Below, piece by piece: positions 1 to 12,712 of a stretch of DNA of 27,925 nt. The DNA lies in NCBI GenBank assembly GCA_013265495.1, contig MU057777.1, positions 62,001 through 89,925 on the forward strand, read 5' to 3'. The notes beneath the pieces were generated by a model, which saw nothing but the letters and a program-made list of their open reading frames with translations, had not been told where the DNA came from and did no database searches. The translations under genes and the position numbers were made by a program. This DNA is from Vicugna vicugna. Taxonomy: Eukaryota. The stretch's first letter is position 1. Every line of letters begins with the position of its first letter.

Positions 1-348
1 CATGAAATCCTATTGTCTAAGTCAGGCATGCTGCTAGTAAGTAGCTTATTACCTGGAGGAAAATGCCTTTCTCATCTAACAGCCTTGGACTTTATAGGAG
101 AGAAGCAGAGTGGACTACTGGGGCATCACCTCAATGTACCTATATCATTGCTTAGTTATGAGTCAACAGTTGGTCTTCTTTGAGTCATTTTGTGATGCTA
201 CTCATGCCTTATAAAAGCATCTGTGCCTTCAAGGCATATCTCAATTGAATGCTTGAAAATTCAGACACTATAGTTAATTAAAGAGTCTCTGATACAGTAA
301 CTGCTGACACTGTGGAATGGGACATTATTTGGTGGTGGCCTAAAGTTG

Positions 349-385
349 GAGTTCTTGACGTAGGATCCACGGAATGATATATAAA

Positions 386-432
<47 letters not shown>

Positions 433-493
433 TCTACAGAGAGCGTTCAGCAGAATTTCTATGGGATCCATAACCTAAAAATATTGAGAACCA
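349..493. mobile_element. hAT-Charlie MITE remnant (Charlie4z-like)
   Basis: gagttcttgacgtaggatccacgga...cagcagaatttctatgggatccataacctaaaaatattgagaacca resembles both ends of the remembered consensus. Confidence 0.6.
389..430 (+). repeat. (GT)21 perfect microsatellite
   Basis: 42 bp of uninterrupted GT. Confidence 0.99.
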
Positions 494-565
494 TTTCCTT
501 GGAGTAACAAAAGTGATTAAGTACCATCAATCCTCATTCAGATTGGTCATTACACTGAGGTATTC

Positions 566-752
566 CAGGCTTTTGACAAACTATAGCTGATGGGCCAAAT
601 GCATTGTAAGATAAGAATGGTTTTTACATTTAAAAAGTGTTATAAACCAAAAACAAAACAAAGAAGACCATGCAACAGAGATTGTACATGGCCCACAAAG
701 CCTAAAATATTTATTATCTGACCCTTTACAGACAAAATTTTGTCGACCCCTG
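566..752 (+). mobile_element. MER58-family hAT-Charlie MITE (MER58C-like)
   Basis: cagg..tgacaaactatagc...taagaatggtttttacattt...tggcccacaaagcctaaaatatttattatctgaccctttacagacaaaattttgtcgacccctg. Confidence 0.85.
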
Positions 753-909
753 TGATAATCCATAGCAGAAATTCCTTTTTCACCCTTTTCCTTCACTTCT
801 AGTGAGTTAGCAAGACTTGCTAATACTACCATCTCAATAGGTTTTGAAACTTCTTGATATGTCTGCCAACATCTAAGCACCACACATCAGTCAGGGTAAT
901 CTTTCAAAC

Positions 910-1345
910 ACTGTGGCCCCTGCCAACTTCTCAAACCTTATTTCTCAACCCTTCCTTGCACTCTATGCAGTGGCCAATATAGGCCAATATGACATCTTCT
1001 CTGTAACCTTCAAGCTGTTGCACATGCTTTTCCCTCTGACTGTTATATTCATCCTTACCTTCTCATCCTTCTTTCCTTGCCTAATTCATATTCAATATTC
1101 ATGACTCTGCTCAGTGGTTATATCTTGTAGGCAGTCATTTATAACTTTTCAGTTTGGGTTAGGTACCTCTCCTCTTTGTTTTTATAGCACTCTATATATT
1201 GCTTAAAAGCATTGATCACACTGTCTTATAATTGTCTATGTATTTGTTTTTGCCATAAGATGGTACTTTGAGGATAGGGAATGTGTCTTCTTCATCGTGG
1301 CCTGCCTAGCACTTATCACGATGTTGTTGAGTAAATCAATGAGCA
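910..1345 (+). mobile_element. L2 LINE 3' end fragment
   Basis: Typical L2 3' motifs (tggcccctgcc, cacatgcttttccctctg, tgaggatagggaatgtgtctt) ending in a tgttgagtaaatcaatga tail. Confidence 0.7.
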
Positions 1346-1589
1346 GTGGTGAAGCTGCCTTATTAGTGACTCCAATATAGCTCACACATCAGAAATAAGA
1401 ATGATCCTCTCATCAAAACTATGAATGATCTTCTTCCGCCCTATTAGATATCCAGGTTAGGAGTTGCTAGGCACATACAGTACAGTAGTGAAATAATTTG
1501 TACTATGGGGCTAGACTAATCTCTTAAAAAGCCTCAAAACCCTCTTCATTTTAGTCAAGTTGGTATGCTTACTGTCATTCTTTCCATGA

Positions 1590-2130
1590 CAAGCTCATTC
1601 TTACCTCTGAACTTGCCGTTTTTCTCCTTGAAATCACAGGCTCCTCCAATTAAATAACCATCTTTTCTTTTAAAATCTAGATAAAAATTAATTTAATTCA
1701 AGGAAGCTTCCTTGAATAACCCTATATTTCTTTGAAATTAACTATTTGGTAGGTATCAACTTAATTTGCATTTGCATATGGCATAAGATAGTTATGCTTC
1801 TTATATTTACTTATCTTATGTTTCATGGATACTGCATCCTACATTAAGGCAAGGACTATGTCTTCCATCCTTGGTTCTCTAGAAGTTCTCAGCTCTGTAT
1901 AAAGTTGACACTAAACAAATGTTTATTAACTAGATCTTGCCAAAATGCCAATACAGAAGAGAAACTAGGCACCCATCTTAACTCATTTCTCTCGTAACCT
2001 ACGTTTAATCAATCACCAAGGTTTGTTGGTTCCACTTCCTAAATCTCTGAAATCCATAAGACCTTCCCATTTCCACTTCTTTCTTCTGCCACATTCAAAC
2101 AATCACCATCTTTAACAGTGGGACTCTACA
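1590..2130 (+). mobile_element. Degraded L2 fragments
   Basis: aggaagcttccttg, aaggcaaggactatgtctt, aaatgtttattaa tail, then a caatcaccaag...ttcctaaatctctgaaatcca block. Confidence 0.5.
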
Positions 2131-2339
2131 AAGGGATTTTTAAAAATCAGAGTAGTAAAATCAGATTGAACTTTGGAAAAAGTGCTCCAGTTTCTGGATC
2201 ATCAAGGAAGCAAGACAAGGATGTAGTAATCCTGGTAGGATGGTTGCCTCATTGCTCCTTTGAAGCTCATGCTGTCCTATATAACTCTACCCTTCTTCAT
2301 TACTCTAATCAAGTATCTCCTGAGTCACTTTATTTTTAA

Positions 2340-3390
2340 GTAAAGAATATCTGCTTATTGTTGTCCAGTGTCACACCTGTCATCCCTTCTCCTATCATCA
2401 TTCTTGGCAACTTCATCATCATTAATTGCAATACCTTCATAAATTTCATTTCAAATACCCTATACTCCGACTGCTTCTTGTTCCTTTTGCAGCTCAATTA
2501 TTCAGGCACTCTTTATTACAATAATACTTCAACTTCACAAAGAGCTCCAATCCACTGAGCATAAGCTGCTTTTTGTTATCCAACATTTTGTCTCTTTTAA
2601 TGTCTTCACTTCCTTCCTTACAGGTCCCAGCTTCCACGATCCATCATTTTAATCAATTCCTTGCAAATACCCTTAACTCCCTTGCCCCCTTCTCTTCCTC
2701 TGCCATGCTTCTCTGACAAAGCTCTGATCCTGATAAATTCAAGTCCCACCTTTTCTGTGTCTGCAGCCGAGCAGCTGAACATTGTTAGAGGAAAAAATTT
2801 AAACTGCACTGGTTACTTTCATTTTTAAATCATCTCCAAAAATCTCAAATGAGTACTCAAAACTGTCAAACAGTCCTTGCACAATTTCCTAGTAAAATCA
2901 CTCACTCACTCTCCAAGAAGACTATTTCACACTGTCTCCTCTCTCCTCAAACTGCCAAAACTCCATCTCCCTTCCAACTTTCAACTGAGGACCTTGCTTA
3001 CTCATTCAAAGAGAATATGAAAGCAATTAGAAGACAATCTCCACAAACCCATGCTACACATATACCCACTTACATGCATCTGTGCCCATACATTCTGCCT
3101 TCCTTCCTGTTACTACGGTTGAAATATCTGTGCACTTAACCAAGGCCAACACTCCCATTTATGAGTCAGATCCTATCTCTTTCGTACTCAGGTTATACTT
3201 GTTAAATCGTTCCATCACCCTCTTTTGCATCATCAAAATTTCCCCTCTGACTGGATCATTCTTATCAGCAAACATGTTGTAATATCTTCCATTGTAAAAC
3301 AGTATTTCCCCAACACTATAAGCCCACTTCATATTCCCTTTCATAGTTAAATGTATGGCTTGATGTTTCCACTCCTGTCTCCTCTCTCTT
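2340..3390 (+). mobile_element. L2 ORF fragment (endonuclease-linker region), non-coding
   Basis: IIILGNF at about 2393-2414 resembles the APE endonuclease ILGDFN motif. Pyrimidine-rich L2a-like text, LSTEDLAYSFKENMKAIR. Confidence 0.7.
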
Positions 3391-4393
3391 AATAAACTTG
3401 TTTTAAATTTTAGAATAGTTTTAGGCTCACAGAAAAGTTACGAACACAAAGAGGTCCCATATAGTCCTTACTTAGTTACCCCTACTGTTAATATCTTACA
3501 TTAGTATGGTAAATTTGTCACAACTAATTAATGTTCATATATTGTTTATCAACTAAATCCCATAGTTTATTTGAATTTTATTAGTTTTTCTCTAATGCCC
3601 CTTTTCTGTCCCAGGACCCCATCTGGGACCCACATTACATTTAGTCATCATGTCCTCCTAGACTCTGCTGGTCTGTGACTTCCCTTGTTTTTGATGAACT
3701 TGACAGTTTTGAGAGGTATTGGTTAGGCATTTTGTTAGAATGTCTCACAATTTGAGTTTGTCTGATGCTTTTCTCATGGTTAAAGTGGGGTTATACGTTT
3801 TTAGCAGGAAAGCCATATCATATCAATGGTACATGTTATCAAATGTAGTGTTTGCTAGGTTTCTCCACTTAAAGTTACTCTATCCTCTTTCCATATTCTA
3901 TTCATTTGCAGCAAATCACTACGTGCAGCCTGCATTCTAGGACTGAAGAATTAACATCTACATAAATTATTTCGAATTCTTTTGTATGGAAGCTTTTGTC
4001 TGTACTCTCCCCATTCAATCATTTATTTATATCAGCATGGATTCATGGATATTTATTTTATACTCTAGGTTATGATCCAATACAGCATTATTTTTCCTCA
4101 CTCAAATTGTTCCAATTTTGGCTATTAGAAGCTCTTTTAGTTAGCTCTCGTGTCCCTCATCATTTTTTTGAGCACTTCCTTACTTGAAGATTGTCCAAGT
4201 TTATATTGTATTTTCCCCGACCCAGCCCTAGAATAATCAATTTCTCCAAGGATCCTTGGTTCCTTTTATTGGAGCATGGCATTAGAAACCAAGATATGGG
4301 TGTGCTCACTGCTCCCGGGGTGTCATTGCCTCTAGGCCCTCTCAATGGACAGAGCTAGGGGATATACCAATTTATGTGTAAAACATATCTATA

Positions 4394-4628
4394 CAGTTGA
4401 CCCTTGAACAATAGGGATTTGAGCTGCAGAGGTCCACTTATATGTGGAATTTTTTCCAATAGTACATACTACAGTACTATACAATCTGTGGTTGGTTGAA
4501 TCTGAGAATGCAGAAATTGGGATACAGAGGAATCGTGTATACAGAGGGCCATCTATACGTTGTATGTAGATTTCTGACTGTGTGGAGAATTGGCACACTT
4601 AACCCCCATGTTGTTCAAGGGTCAACTG
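4394..4628. mobile_element. Tigger2-derived MITE, copy 1
   Basis: Perfect 18-bp TIR cagttgacccttgaacaa / ttgttcaagggtcaactg, with TA on both sides (4392-4393, 4629-4630). Confidence 0.93.
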
Positions 4629-6361
4629 TAATTACTTCTGTATCTATCCATCTGTATCTATATTAGGCTAAATATGAGTTTACACTGATATCTCCAACTC
4701 TAATCCAGTACCATATGATTCATTCTAGCATTCCCCCTATGCTTATCTGTAATCACATCCTCTAATGGTAAGAAACCTGGTTCCCACCATCTGCCATGCT
4801 CTTATGTGTTCAATCCCCGTATACATATATAGTAGTTTTAGAATTGTAAATCTGTACCCTTGTAAGAAACAACTTTACCAACTAGAGTATAGTGTTTGTG
4901 TATAGTTCCTTTTGTCTTTTTACCCTTATGATTTCCAGTCAGAACACTGTTTTCCAATGTTATTTATGCCTGTCACCCCCTCCATTCCCTTCAATGAATT
5001 GTGTTATATATGTGTAATATAGCTGGATTCATTTGTCACAGGCTGTATTCCATCCTAGGATCTGACCTTCTGGTTGATTAACTTTTTTTAATACGTTAAG
5101 GTTCACTTTTTGCTATACAGGTCTATGGGGTTTTTTTTTCAAATGCATAATGCCATACAGATTAGTTCCACTATCCTAAGAAAACTCCCCTGTATTACAT
5201 ATTATCTCCTCCCCAAATCCCTAGCAACCACTGATTTGTTTTCTGTTCCTATAGTTTTGCCTTTACCAGAATGTCATATGAAGGAAATCACATAGTATGT
5301 ATATTTTTATGGTCCATTTTCTTTTACTTAAAAAATGCATTTAAGATTCATGCTGTTGTGTGAATAGCTCATTACTTTTTTTACTGTTGAATAGTATTCC
5401 ATTTTATGCATGTACTACAGTTTATTAATTAACCTACTGAAGGATATCTTGGTAGCTTCCCACTTTTGACAATTTCGAATAAAGCTGTTATTCATGTGTG
5501 GGTCTTTGCTGTGGCCATAAGCTTACAAATCAGTTGGGTAACTATGTTGGAGTTCAACTGCTGGCAAGTTCATGTTTAAGTTTATAAGAAACTGCTAAAT
5601 TGTCTTTCAGAGTAGCTGTATCATTTTTGCATTAGCACCTGCAATGAATAGAAGTTTTCTTTTGCTCTGCTTTCTTGTCAGCATTTAGTACTGCCAATTT
5701 ATAAAAAAATTAGTCATTCTAATAAGTGTGTAGTGGAATCTCATTTGCATTTACCTAATTAAAATGATGTTGACCATACTTACATCTTTTGGTGAAGTGT
5801 CTGTTCAGATCTTTCCACCCTTTAAAAAATTGGTTTGTTTTCTTATTGTTAAATTTTAAAAGGTTTTTAAAATATTCTGTATACAAGTCTTTTCACAGAT
5901 ATGTGTTTTGCAAGTATTTTCTCCAAGTCTGTGGCATTTCTTTTCATTCTCTTAACAGTGTCTTTCACAGAGAAAATGTTTTAAATTTTGATTGAGTCCA
6001 ATTTACCATTTTTTCCTTTATGGATTATGCTTTTGAAGTTGCATCTAAGAACTTTTTGTTTAATCCAAGATAACAAACATTTTCTCACACAAGTTTTATA
6101 GTTTTGTATTTTACATTTAAGCCTGTGATCAACTTTGAGTTATATTTTACACAAAGTATGAGGCAGGTGTCAACATTTTGTTTTGTTTTGTTTTGCACAG
6201 GAACATCCAAGTGTTCTAGCACCACTTGTTGAAAAAAAATCCTTTGTCCACTGAATTGAAAATCAATTGTCCATATCTGTGTGGGTTTATTTCTGGGCTC
6301 TTTATTTTGTTTCACTGATCTATGTATTTATCCTTTTAACAATACCACAGTGCCTTGATTA

Positions 6362-6597
6362 TAGTTGATCCTTGAACAACAGGGGTTTGAACTGTGCAGG
6401 TCCACTTATAAATGGATTTTTTTCAATAGTAAATACTACAGTACTACATGATGTGAAGCTGGTTTGATTTGCAGATGCATAACCATATATGTGGAGGAAC
6501 TGCCTATGTACAGAGGACTGACTATAAGTTATACTCAGGTTTTTGATTGCTTGAAAAGTCAGCACCACTAATCCCTGTGTTGTTTAAGGGTCAACTG
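6362..6597. mobile_element. Tigger2-derived MITE, copy 2
   Basis: TIR tagttgatccttgaacaac / gttgtttaagggtcaactg, TA duplication (6360-6361, 6598-6599). Removing it rejoins the L1 text cttgatta|ccacacctttatggtaagtcttgaaatc. Confidence 0.92.
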
Positions 6598-7761
6598 TAC
6601 CACACCTTTATGGTAAGTCTTGAAATCTGGTAATCCAATTCCATAGACTGTATTTTTTTTTCAGAAGTGTATTATCTATTCTGGTACCTTTGTCTTTCCA
6701 CATATATCTTAGAATCAGTTTGTCAATTATCTATAAAATAGTCTGCTGTGATTTTGAGTGGGATTGCATTGAATCCATATATCATATTGAGAATTCCAGT
6801 CCATGATCGTGAAATGTCTTTCCAATTATTTATGTTCTTTTCTTTCATCAATGTTTTGTAGTTTTTGCACACAGATTCTGCATATATATATATGTGTGTG
6901 TGTGTATATACACAGACATATATATGTGTTTTTGGAATTGCTTTCTTAATTTCAAATTCCAACTGTAAGTTGCTATTATATAGGAAAGCAACTGACTTTT
7001 GTATATTGACCTTGCATCATGCAACCTTATTAAACCTGTTTATTTTCATAAGTTTTTTGGTAGATTCTTTTGAGATGTCTACATAGATAATCTTATCATT
7101 TGTGGGGAAAATGGTCATTTGTTTCTTTCCAATCTGTATGTCTTTTATTTTTCTTGCTTTATTGCACCAGTTCAGATTTCCAGAACAATGCTGAATAGGA
7201 CTGATGAGAAAAGGAGACCATTTTGTTCTTGACCTTAGGGCGAAAGCATTCAGTCTCTTGACATTAAATATGATGTGCATTGTATGTTCTTCATATATAC
7301 CCTTTAAAGTTAATAAAGTCCCCTTCTATTCTTAATTTTTGACAGCTTTTATAATATATGGCTACTGAATTTTGTTAAATCATTCTTATGAACCTAATGA
7401 GATGATCATATAGTGTTTCTTAGTCTGTTCATCTGTTGAATTACATTGATTTTTTAATTTTGAAAGAGCCCTGTATTCCTGGGATAAACCCTACCTGGTC
7501 TTGATGTACTATCTTATTTATGTATTGTTAGATTCAGTTTGTTAATATTCTGGCAAGAGTTTTTATGTCTATGTTCATGAAATACTTGTCTGTAGATTTA
7601 CTATATTTGTCATATTTGGTATTAGGGTAATGATGATCTCATAAAATAGGTTGGGAAGTGTTCCTTCCTCTTCTATTTACTGGGAGAGAATTGTAGAATT
7701 GGTAATATTTATTTCTTGAATATCTGCTAGAATTCATGAGTAAGATTTTGTAGTTTACGTC

Positions 7762-7827
7762 TGTCTTGGCTCAGGCTGCCATAACAAAATACCATGGTGT
7801 ATCTTTTTCCTTTATAAGGATACCAGT
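7762..7827 (-). mobile_element. Short collapsed MLT1/MaLR LTR remnant inside L1
   Basis: tcaggctgccataacaaaataccat joined to ctttataaggataccagt, two motifs normally far apart in MLT1. Confidence 0.55.
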
Positions 7828-8454
7828 TGCTTACCACAAATTTTGATAAGCTGTATATTCATTTTCATTTAGTTCAAAATATTTTTAACTTTCCTTAAGA
7901 ATTCTTTTACTTGTACATTTTTAGAAGTGTATAGCTTAATCTCCAAATATTTGGACTCTTCTACCTTTCTATTATTGATTTCTAGTTGGTTCCATTATGG
8001 CCAATGTACACACTCTATATGTTTTTAGAGTCTTTAAATTTTTTGAGCTTTGTTTTATGGCCCAGAATGTGATCTACCTAGGTGAATGTCTCATTGAAAC
8101 TTCAGAACAATGTGTACTTTGCTGTTGTTGGATGAATTGTCCTATAAATGTCAATTGGGTCAAATTGGTTGATAGTTGATAGATATTGTTAACTGGGAAA
8201 GAGGTATTAACGCCTTTCTACTTGTATCTCTATCAGTTTTTGCTTCATGTATTTTGATGGTTTGTTGTTAGGTGCTACATTTTTAGGATTGTTACATGTT
8301 CTCTTGGAGAACTGACCCATTTATCATTATGTAATGTGCCTCTTTATCCATTATAATCTTTCTTGTTCTGAAGACTGCTTTGTCTGAAATTAACATAACT
8401 ACTGTTGTTTTGATCAGCATTTTCATGGTCTATCTCAATCCCTTAATTTTAAAT

Positions 8455-8560
8455 TTAAAAACATTTTAAGTAGACTTTATTTTTTAAGAGCAGTTTTAGG
8501 TTCACAACAAAGCTGAGCCAAAGGTGCAAGAATTCCATATATCCCATGTTCCTACACCAT
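8455..8560 (-). mobile_element. Short L1MC1-like 3' tip inserted in the older L1 ORF2
   Basis: tagactttattttttaagagcagttttaggttcacaacaaagctgagc. Confidence 0.65.
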
Positions 8561-10520
8561 TCCTTAACTTTTATCCTATTTGAATCTTTATATTTAAAGT
8601 GCATTTCTTGAAGACAACATATAGTTGTATCTTTTTTTTTGATCCAATATGATTGCCTTTGTTTTTTGACTGGTGTGATTAGGCCATTTATATTTGAAGT
8701 AATTATTGGAGTAGTTGACTTTAAATCTACCTTCTTGCTCTTTTCCATTTGTTGTATTTACTCCTTGTTTTCCTGTATTTTTTTCTCTCTTTCTACATTC
8801 TTGGATTTTTCATTGATATTTCTTATGATTCCATTTTATCTCATTTCTTGACTTATTATTCATACTATTTAAAAAAACTTTTTAGTAATTTTCCTAATGT
8901 TTATGATGTACATTTCAAAATAATGTACCTTTAGATAACTGTAAAAGTGTCATCCAATGAAGCTGCACTATTTTGCATTCAATCAGCAATGAAAGAGAGC
9001 TCCCATTCCTCTGCATCCTTGGTAGAACTTGGTATTGTCAGTTTTTTTTATTGATTTACCTTTAACAGAATATTCCTAATTTCTCCCTCCTATCCTTTGC
9101 CACACTGGTGTCTTTTCTTTCACTCTTACATATGGTATAGATACCAAATACATCATCATTATTATTACTTTAAACAGTTAAAATTTAGTGCAATTCAGAA
9201 AAATAAAAATTTATATTTTATCTTCATTCCTTTCTAGCACTCTTCCTTTTTTGTGTAGATTCAAGTTTGTGACCTATATCATTTTTTTCCTTCTGAGAGA
9301 AGAACGTCCTTTAAAATACTTTGAGTTGTCTGAGCAAGTCTATTTCTTTCTCACTTTTGAAGGATAGCTATATATAGGATCTGAGCCTGGCAATTTTTCT
9401 TTTTTTTTTTTTTTAATACTTTAAAGTTGTCATTCCATTGTGTTCTTGCTTGCATAGTTCTGATGAGAACTCTGCTGTAATTCTTATCTGTGTTTCTCTA
9501 TAATTAAAGTGTTTTTCTCCCCTCTGACTGCCTTCAATATTTTCTCTTTGTTTTTGCTCTTTTGCCTAAGTGTGGGGTTTTGTGTGTGGCTTTTAAAAAC
9601 TTCCCTAAGCTCCTTGGATATGTGGTGTCTGTCACTTATTTTGAAAAGATTTTAGAAATTACTTTTTCAAATATTTCTTCTGCTTAGTTTTCTTTCTTCT
9701 CTTTCTGGTATTCCATTCATGTATATGTTATAACTTTTGATATTGTTCCACATTTCCTGAATACTCTGGTATTTTTTTTTGTTTCCACTCTCATTTTCTC
9801 TTTGTATTTCAGTTTAGGTAATTTCTACTGACCTATTTTTACATTCACTCATTCTACCCTTGGATGGGACAAGTTTAAAAATGAACCCATCAAAATGATT
9901 CTTCATTTATGTTACTGTGATTTTGATTTCCTTTTGATTATTTCTTATGTTTTCCATCACTCTGATCACATTATACATCTGGTCTTTTTTTCTCTGTTTC
10001 CATTAGAATCCTTAACATATTAATCATAGTTAAGTTTCCTGATTGCTAATTTCAACACCTGTGTCATATGTGTCTGGTTCTGACAGTGCTTTATCTCTCA
10101 AGTTATTTCCTGCCTTTTAGTACATTTGTAATTTTGTTCTTGTTGTTGAAAGATAGACATGTATAAAGCAGTTGATACTGAAGTAAGCAGGACTTTAGAG
10201 TGACTATATCAATCTGCCCAAAGGTTGGGCTGTGTCTGATGTTTGTTGTCTCTATGAGTACCAGAGGCATTAAATTCCTCCAGTGATCTTGTTTTTGTAT
10301 TCCTTCTTGGCCTTGGCCTTTCGTTTTGTGCTGTACCTCAAAGAGTCTGTCTTTTGAAGCTCTCCCAGCTGTAATCCACTGCTACTTCAGTAGCTGGTTG
10401 CAGTTTGTGAGGGAGGAGGAAATTCTCTAATCTTTGGATTAAGTCTAAGCCTTTGGAGTGCACAGTGGTTCTGTGTCTTGAGAGTGTGGCCTTCATAATT
10501 GTTTTTGTTCCTTTCCAGGC

Positions 10521-10977
10521 TGTTGTGAGTTGAACTGTATTCCCCAAAAGATATGTTGAAGTCCTAAACTCTAGTACCTGTGAATAAGACCTTATTTGGA
10601 AATAAGAAGATAATCTAGATAAGACGAGGATATAACACATTAAGGTGGGCTCTAAATGCAACAAATGGTGACCTTATAAGGAGAGAAATAGATTTGAAGA
10701 CACAAAGGAGACACAGGGAAGAAGGCCATGTGATCATGCAGACAGAGAATGGAGTGATGTTACCACAAGCCAAAGAGTATCAAGGGTTGTTGGTAATCAC
10801 CATAATCCAGAAGAAACAAAGAGGAGTTCTTGCCTAGAGCCCTCAGAGAGAACATGGCCCTGCCAATATCTTGATTTCAAACTTCCTGCCTCCAGAACTG
10901 TGATAAAATTAATTTGTGCTGTTTTATGCCAATTAGGTTATGGTAATTTGTTATGGCAGTGCTAGGAAACTAATATA
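10521..10977 (+). mobile_element. MLT1 (MLT1C-like) MaLR solo LTR
   Basis: Starts tgttgtgagttgaactgtattccccaaaagatatgttgaagtcctaa, ends gtaatttgttatggcagtgctaggaaactaatata. 5-bp TSD caggc (10516-10520) / caggg (10978-10982). Confidence 0.9.
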
Positions 10978-11397
10978 CAGGGGTAAAGCTTTTTAGCCTT
11001 CTGCCATCTAATACATTCCCTGGCTATAGAATTTCCAGTGTATGTGTTTGAAACCCTCTCCCCTATATATTGAGGCTTTCTTTTCTTTCTTTTTTTCTTA
11101 GATGAGACAGGGAGACAGAGTGGGGCTAGAGCAGGGCAGTGTCCCTTTCCCCTAGCTAGGATGAGATTTTACTGTTATCCCATATTATTTTTGTCTTTCT
11201 GGCAACCTGTAGGGTAATCATGGAACTAAATGTTTAGAGGTCTTCACAACTCCATGGAAAGTATTTTCAGTCCACATGAAATGTATCTGTCATTGCTCAA
11301 GTACGTAATTATACTTAACACTAGTAAACTGTACATTTAAAAATGGTTTATGTTACTTTTTTATCACAATGAAAAACAAAGTATCTTTCTCTACATA

Positions 11398-11406
11398 TCT
11401 TACCAA
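11398..11406 (-). promoter_or_regulatory. 5' splice donor of TMLHE intron 2
   Basis: Minus strand TTG|GTAAGA, GT at 11403-11402. TMLHE similarity stops exactly here. Confidence 0.9.
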
Positions 11407-11584
11407 AATGATCTGTATGTTGCCGCCAAACACAATTGAGAGACTTGGAGGCTGTATGGTGCCAGTGGATGGCTAATGGAAATAAGCTTTTGAAGTTGAG
11501 CTGTTGAAGGGCCCAACATGTGACTCTTCCCCTCAGCAGGTCCTGGAGCCTGATTTGTAGGTGGGACAACCTGTGGCACCACAT
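11404..11584 (-). CDS. TMLHE: TMLHE first coding exon (exon 2): N-terminal 60 aa plus 1 nt, including the mitochondrial targeting region of trimethyllysine dioxygenase
   Basis: Minus strand reads ttttctag|G ATG TGG TGC...GAT CAT TTT G|gtaaga. Exon 11404-11585 is 182 nt, ATG at 11584, 181 coding nt, phase-1 donor. Translation MWCHRLSHLQIRLQDLLRGRVTCWALQQLNFKSLFPLAIHWHHTASKSLNCVWRQHTDHF matches human TMLHE as I recall it (MWYHRLSHLHSRLQDLLKGG...WHHTASKSLTCAWQQHEDHF) at about 44/60 positions. Confidence 0.96.
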
Positions 11585-11585
11585 C

Positions 11586-11616
11586 CTAGAAAATCTGACA
11601 ATAAGAAGAGTTAGTA
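11586..11616 (-). promoter_or_regulatory. 3' splice site of TMLHE intron 1: TACTAAC branch point, pyrimidine tract, CAG and TAG acceptors
   Basis: Minus strand: TACTAAC (11616-11610) tcttcttattgt CAG (11597-11595) attttc TAG (11588-11586) | G ATG. Confidence 0.85.
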
Positions 11617-11934
11617 ACAATAAAAAATAACTTTTTATAAGGCTATAGGAATGACACTACAGATGTAACTATATAAAAGAACAGATTTTATTATCTCAAC
11701 CAGAGTATTAAAAAAACAAAGAAGAAATTCCTAAGAGCTAAGCATAAGTGGTCAATAACCATTAATTATATTTTCTCACCAGCCACTGTTATATTGTGCA
11801 TTGTGATCTTGCTTCAACCCCACTATCTAACTGAAGTGGTTCTTTAAAAATTCACTAATTTTAACCTTCCAATCATATAAAAGGATTGCTTTTCAGCTCT
11901 TGTCCTTCTGATACTCTCCACTTGTGAGAGTATT

Positions 11935-12712
11935 GATACTGGTGCAAAAACAGACACAAAGATCCATGGAACAGAACAGAGAGCCCAGAAATAATCCCAC
12001 ACTTATAAAGGTGATTAATCTATGACAAAGAAGGCAAAAATATGCAGTGGGGAAGTGATATCCTCTTCAATAAATGGTGTTAGGTTACCTGGACAACTAC
12101 ATGCAAATGAATCAAAGTAGACCACTTTCTCACACCATTCACAAAAATAAACTAAAAATGGATTAAAGACTTAAATGTAAGACCTGAAACCACAAACCTT
12201 CTAGAAGAAAACATAGGCGGTATGCTCTTTGACACTGGTCTTAGTAATATCTGGGGGGCATGTCTCCTTAGGCAAGGGAAACAAAAACAAAAATAAACAA
12301 ATGGGGTTACATCAAACTAAAAAGCTTTTGCACAGTGAAGAAAACGAAAATACCATCTTTTGAATGGGAGAAAGTATTTGTAAATGATATATCTCATAAG
12401 AGGTTAATATTCAAAATATACAGAGAATTCATACAATTCAACATCAAGAACCAAATAACCTAATTAAAAATGGGCAGAGGACCTGAATAGATATTTTTCC
12501 AAAGAAGACATACAGATGACCAACAGGCACATGAAAAGATCTCAGCATCACTAATGATCAAGGAAATGCAAATCAAAACCACAATGAGATATTACTTCAC
12601 ACCTGTCAGAATGGCTATTATCCAAAAGATTACAAATAACAAATGTTGGTGAGGACATGGAGAAAAGGGAATCCTCATGCACTGTTAGTGGGAATGCAAA
12701 TTAGTACTGTCA
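11935..12712 (+). mobile_element. L1 ORF2 C-terminal fragment (L1MA-like)
   Basis: atggaacagaacagagagcccagaaat, ctcttcaataaatggtg, gaaatgcaaatcaaaaccacaatgagat. Confidence 0.88.

Larger units (their letters stand above)
3395..11160 (-). mobile_element. Old L1M (L1MC-like) block: 3' UTR (about 3395-5400), ORF2 pieces (about 5400-8750), inter-ORF/ORF1/5' region (about 8750-11160), interrupted by younger insertions; may be more than one element
   Basis: Minus-strand ORF2 remnants: IITSNINGL..PVKKQRQSYWIKK.DTTICCLQEMHF (endonuclease N-terminus, about 8580-8730), LNAFALRSRTK and NDKIIYVDISKESTKKL (RT), NNWKDISRSW. L1MC-type 3' UTR motifs (ttttctgtcccaggaccccatc, acatttagtcatcatgtctcc). Confidence 0.88.

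Noticed and set aside
47..140. Possible further TMLHE exon (minus-strand CAG|GTAATA donor near 52)
   Set aside because: No frame resembles the expected exon 3 peptide (ELKYANT..DYVWLRDHCRS), and the acceptor is poor.
11348..11620. 90-aa ORF as a complete protein, and the overlapping 11400-11582 frame
   Set aside because: Only 11404-11584 matches TMLHE. The extensions are intronic read-through beyond canonical splice sites, and the second frame resembles nothing I know.
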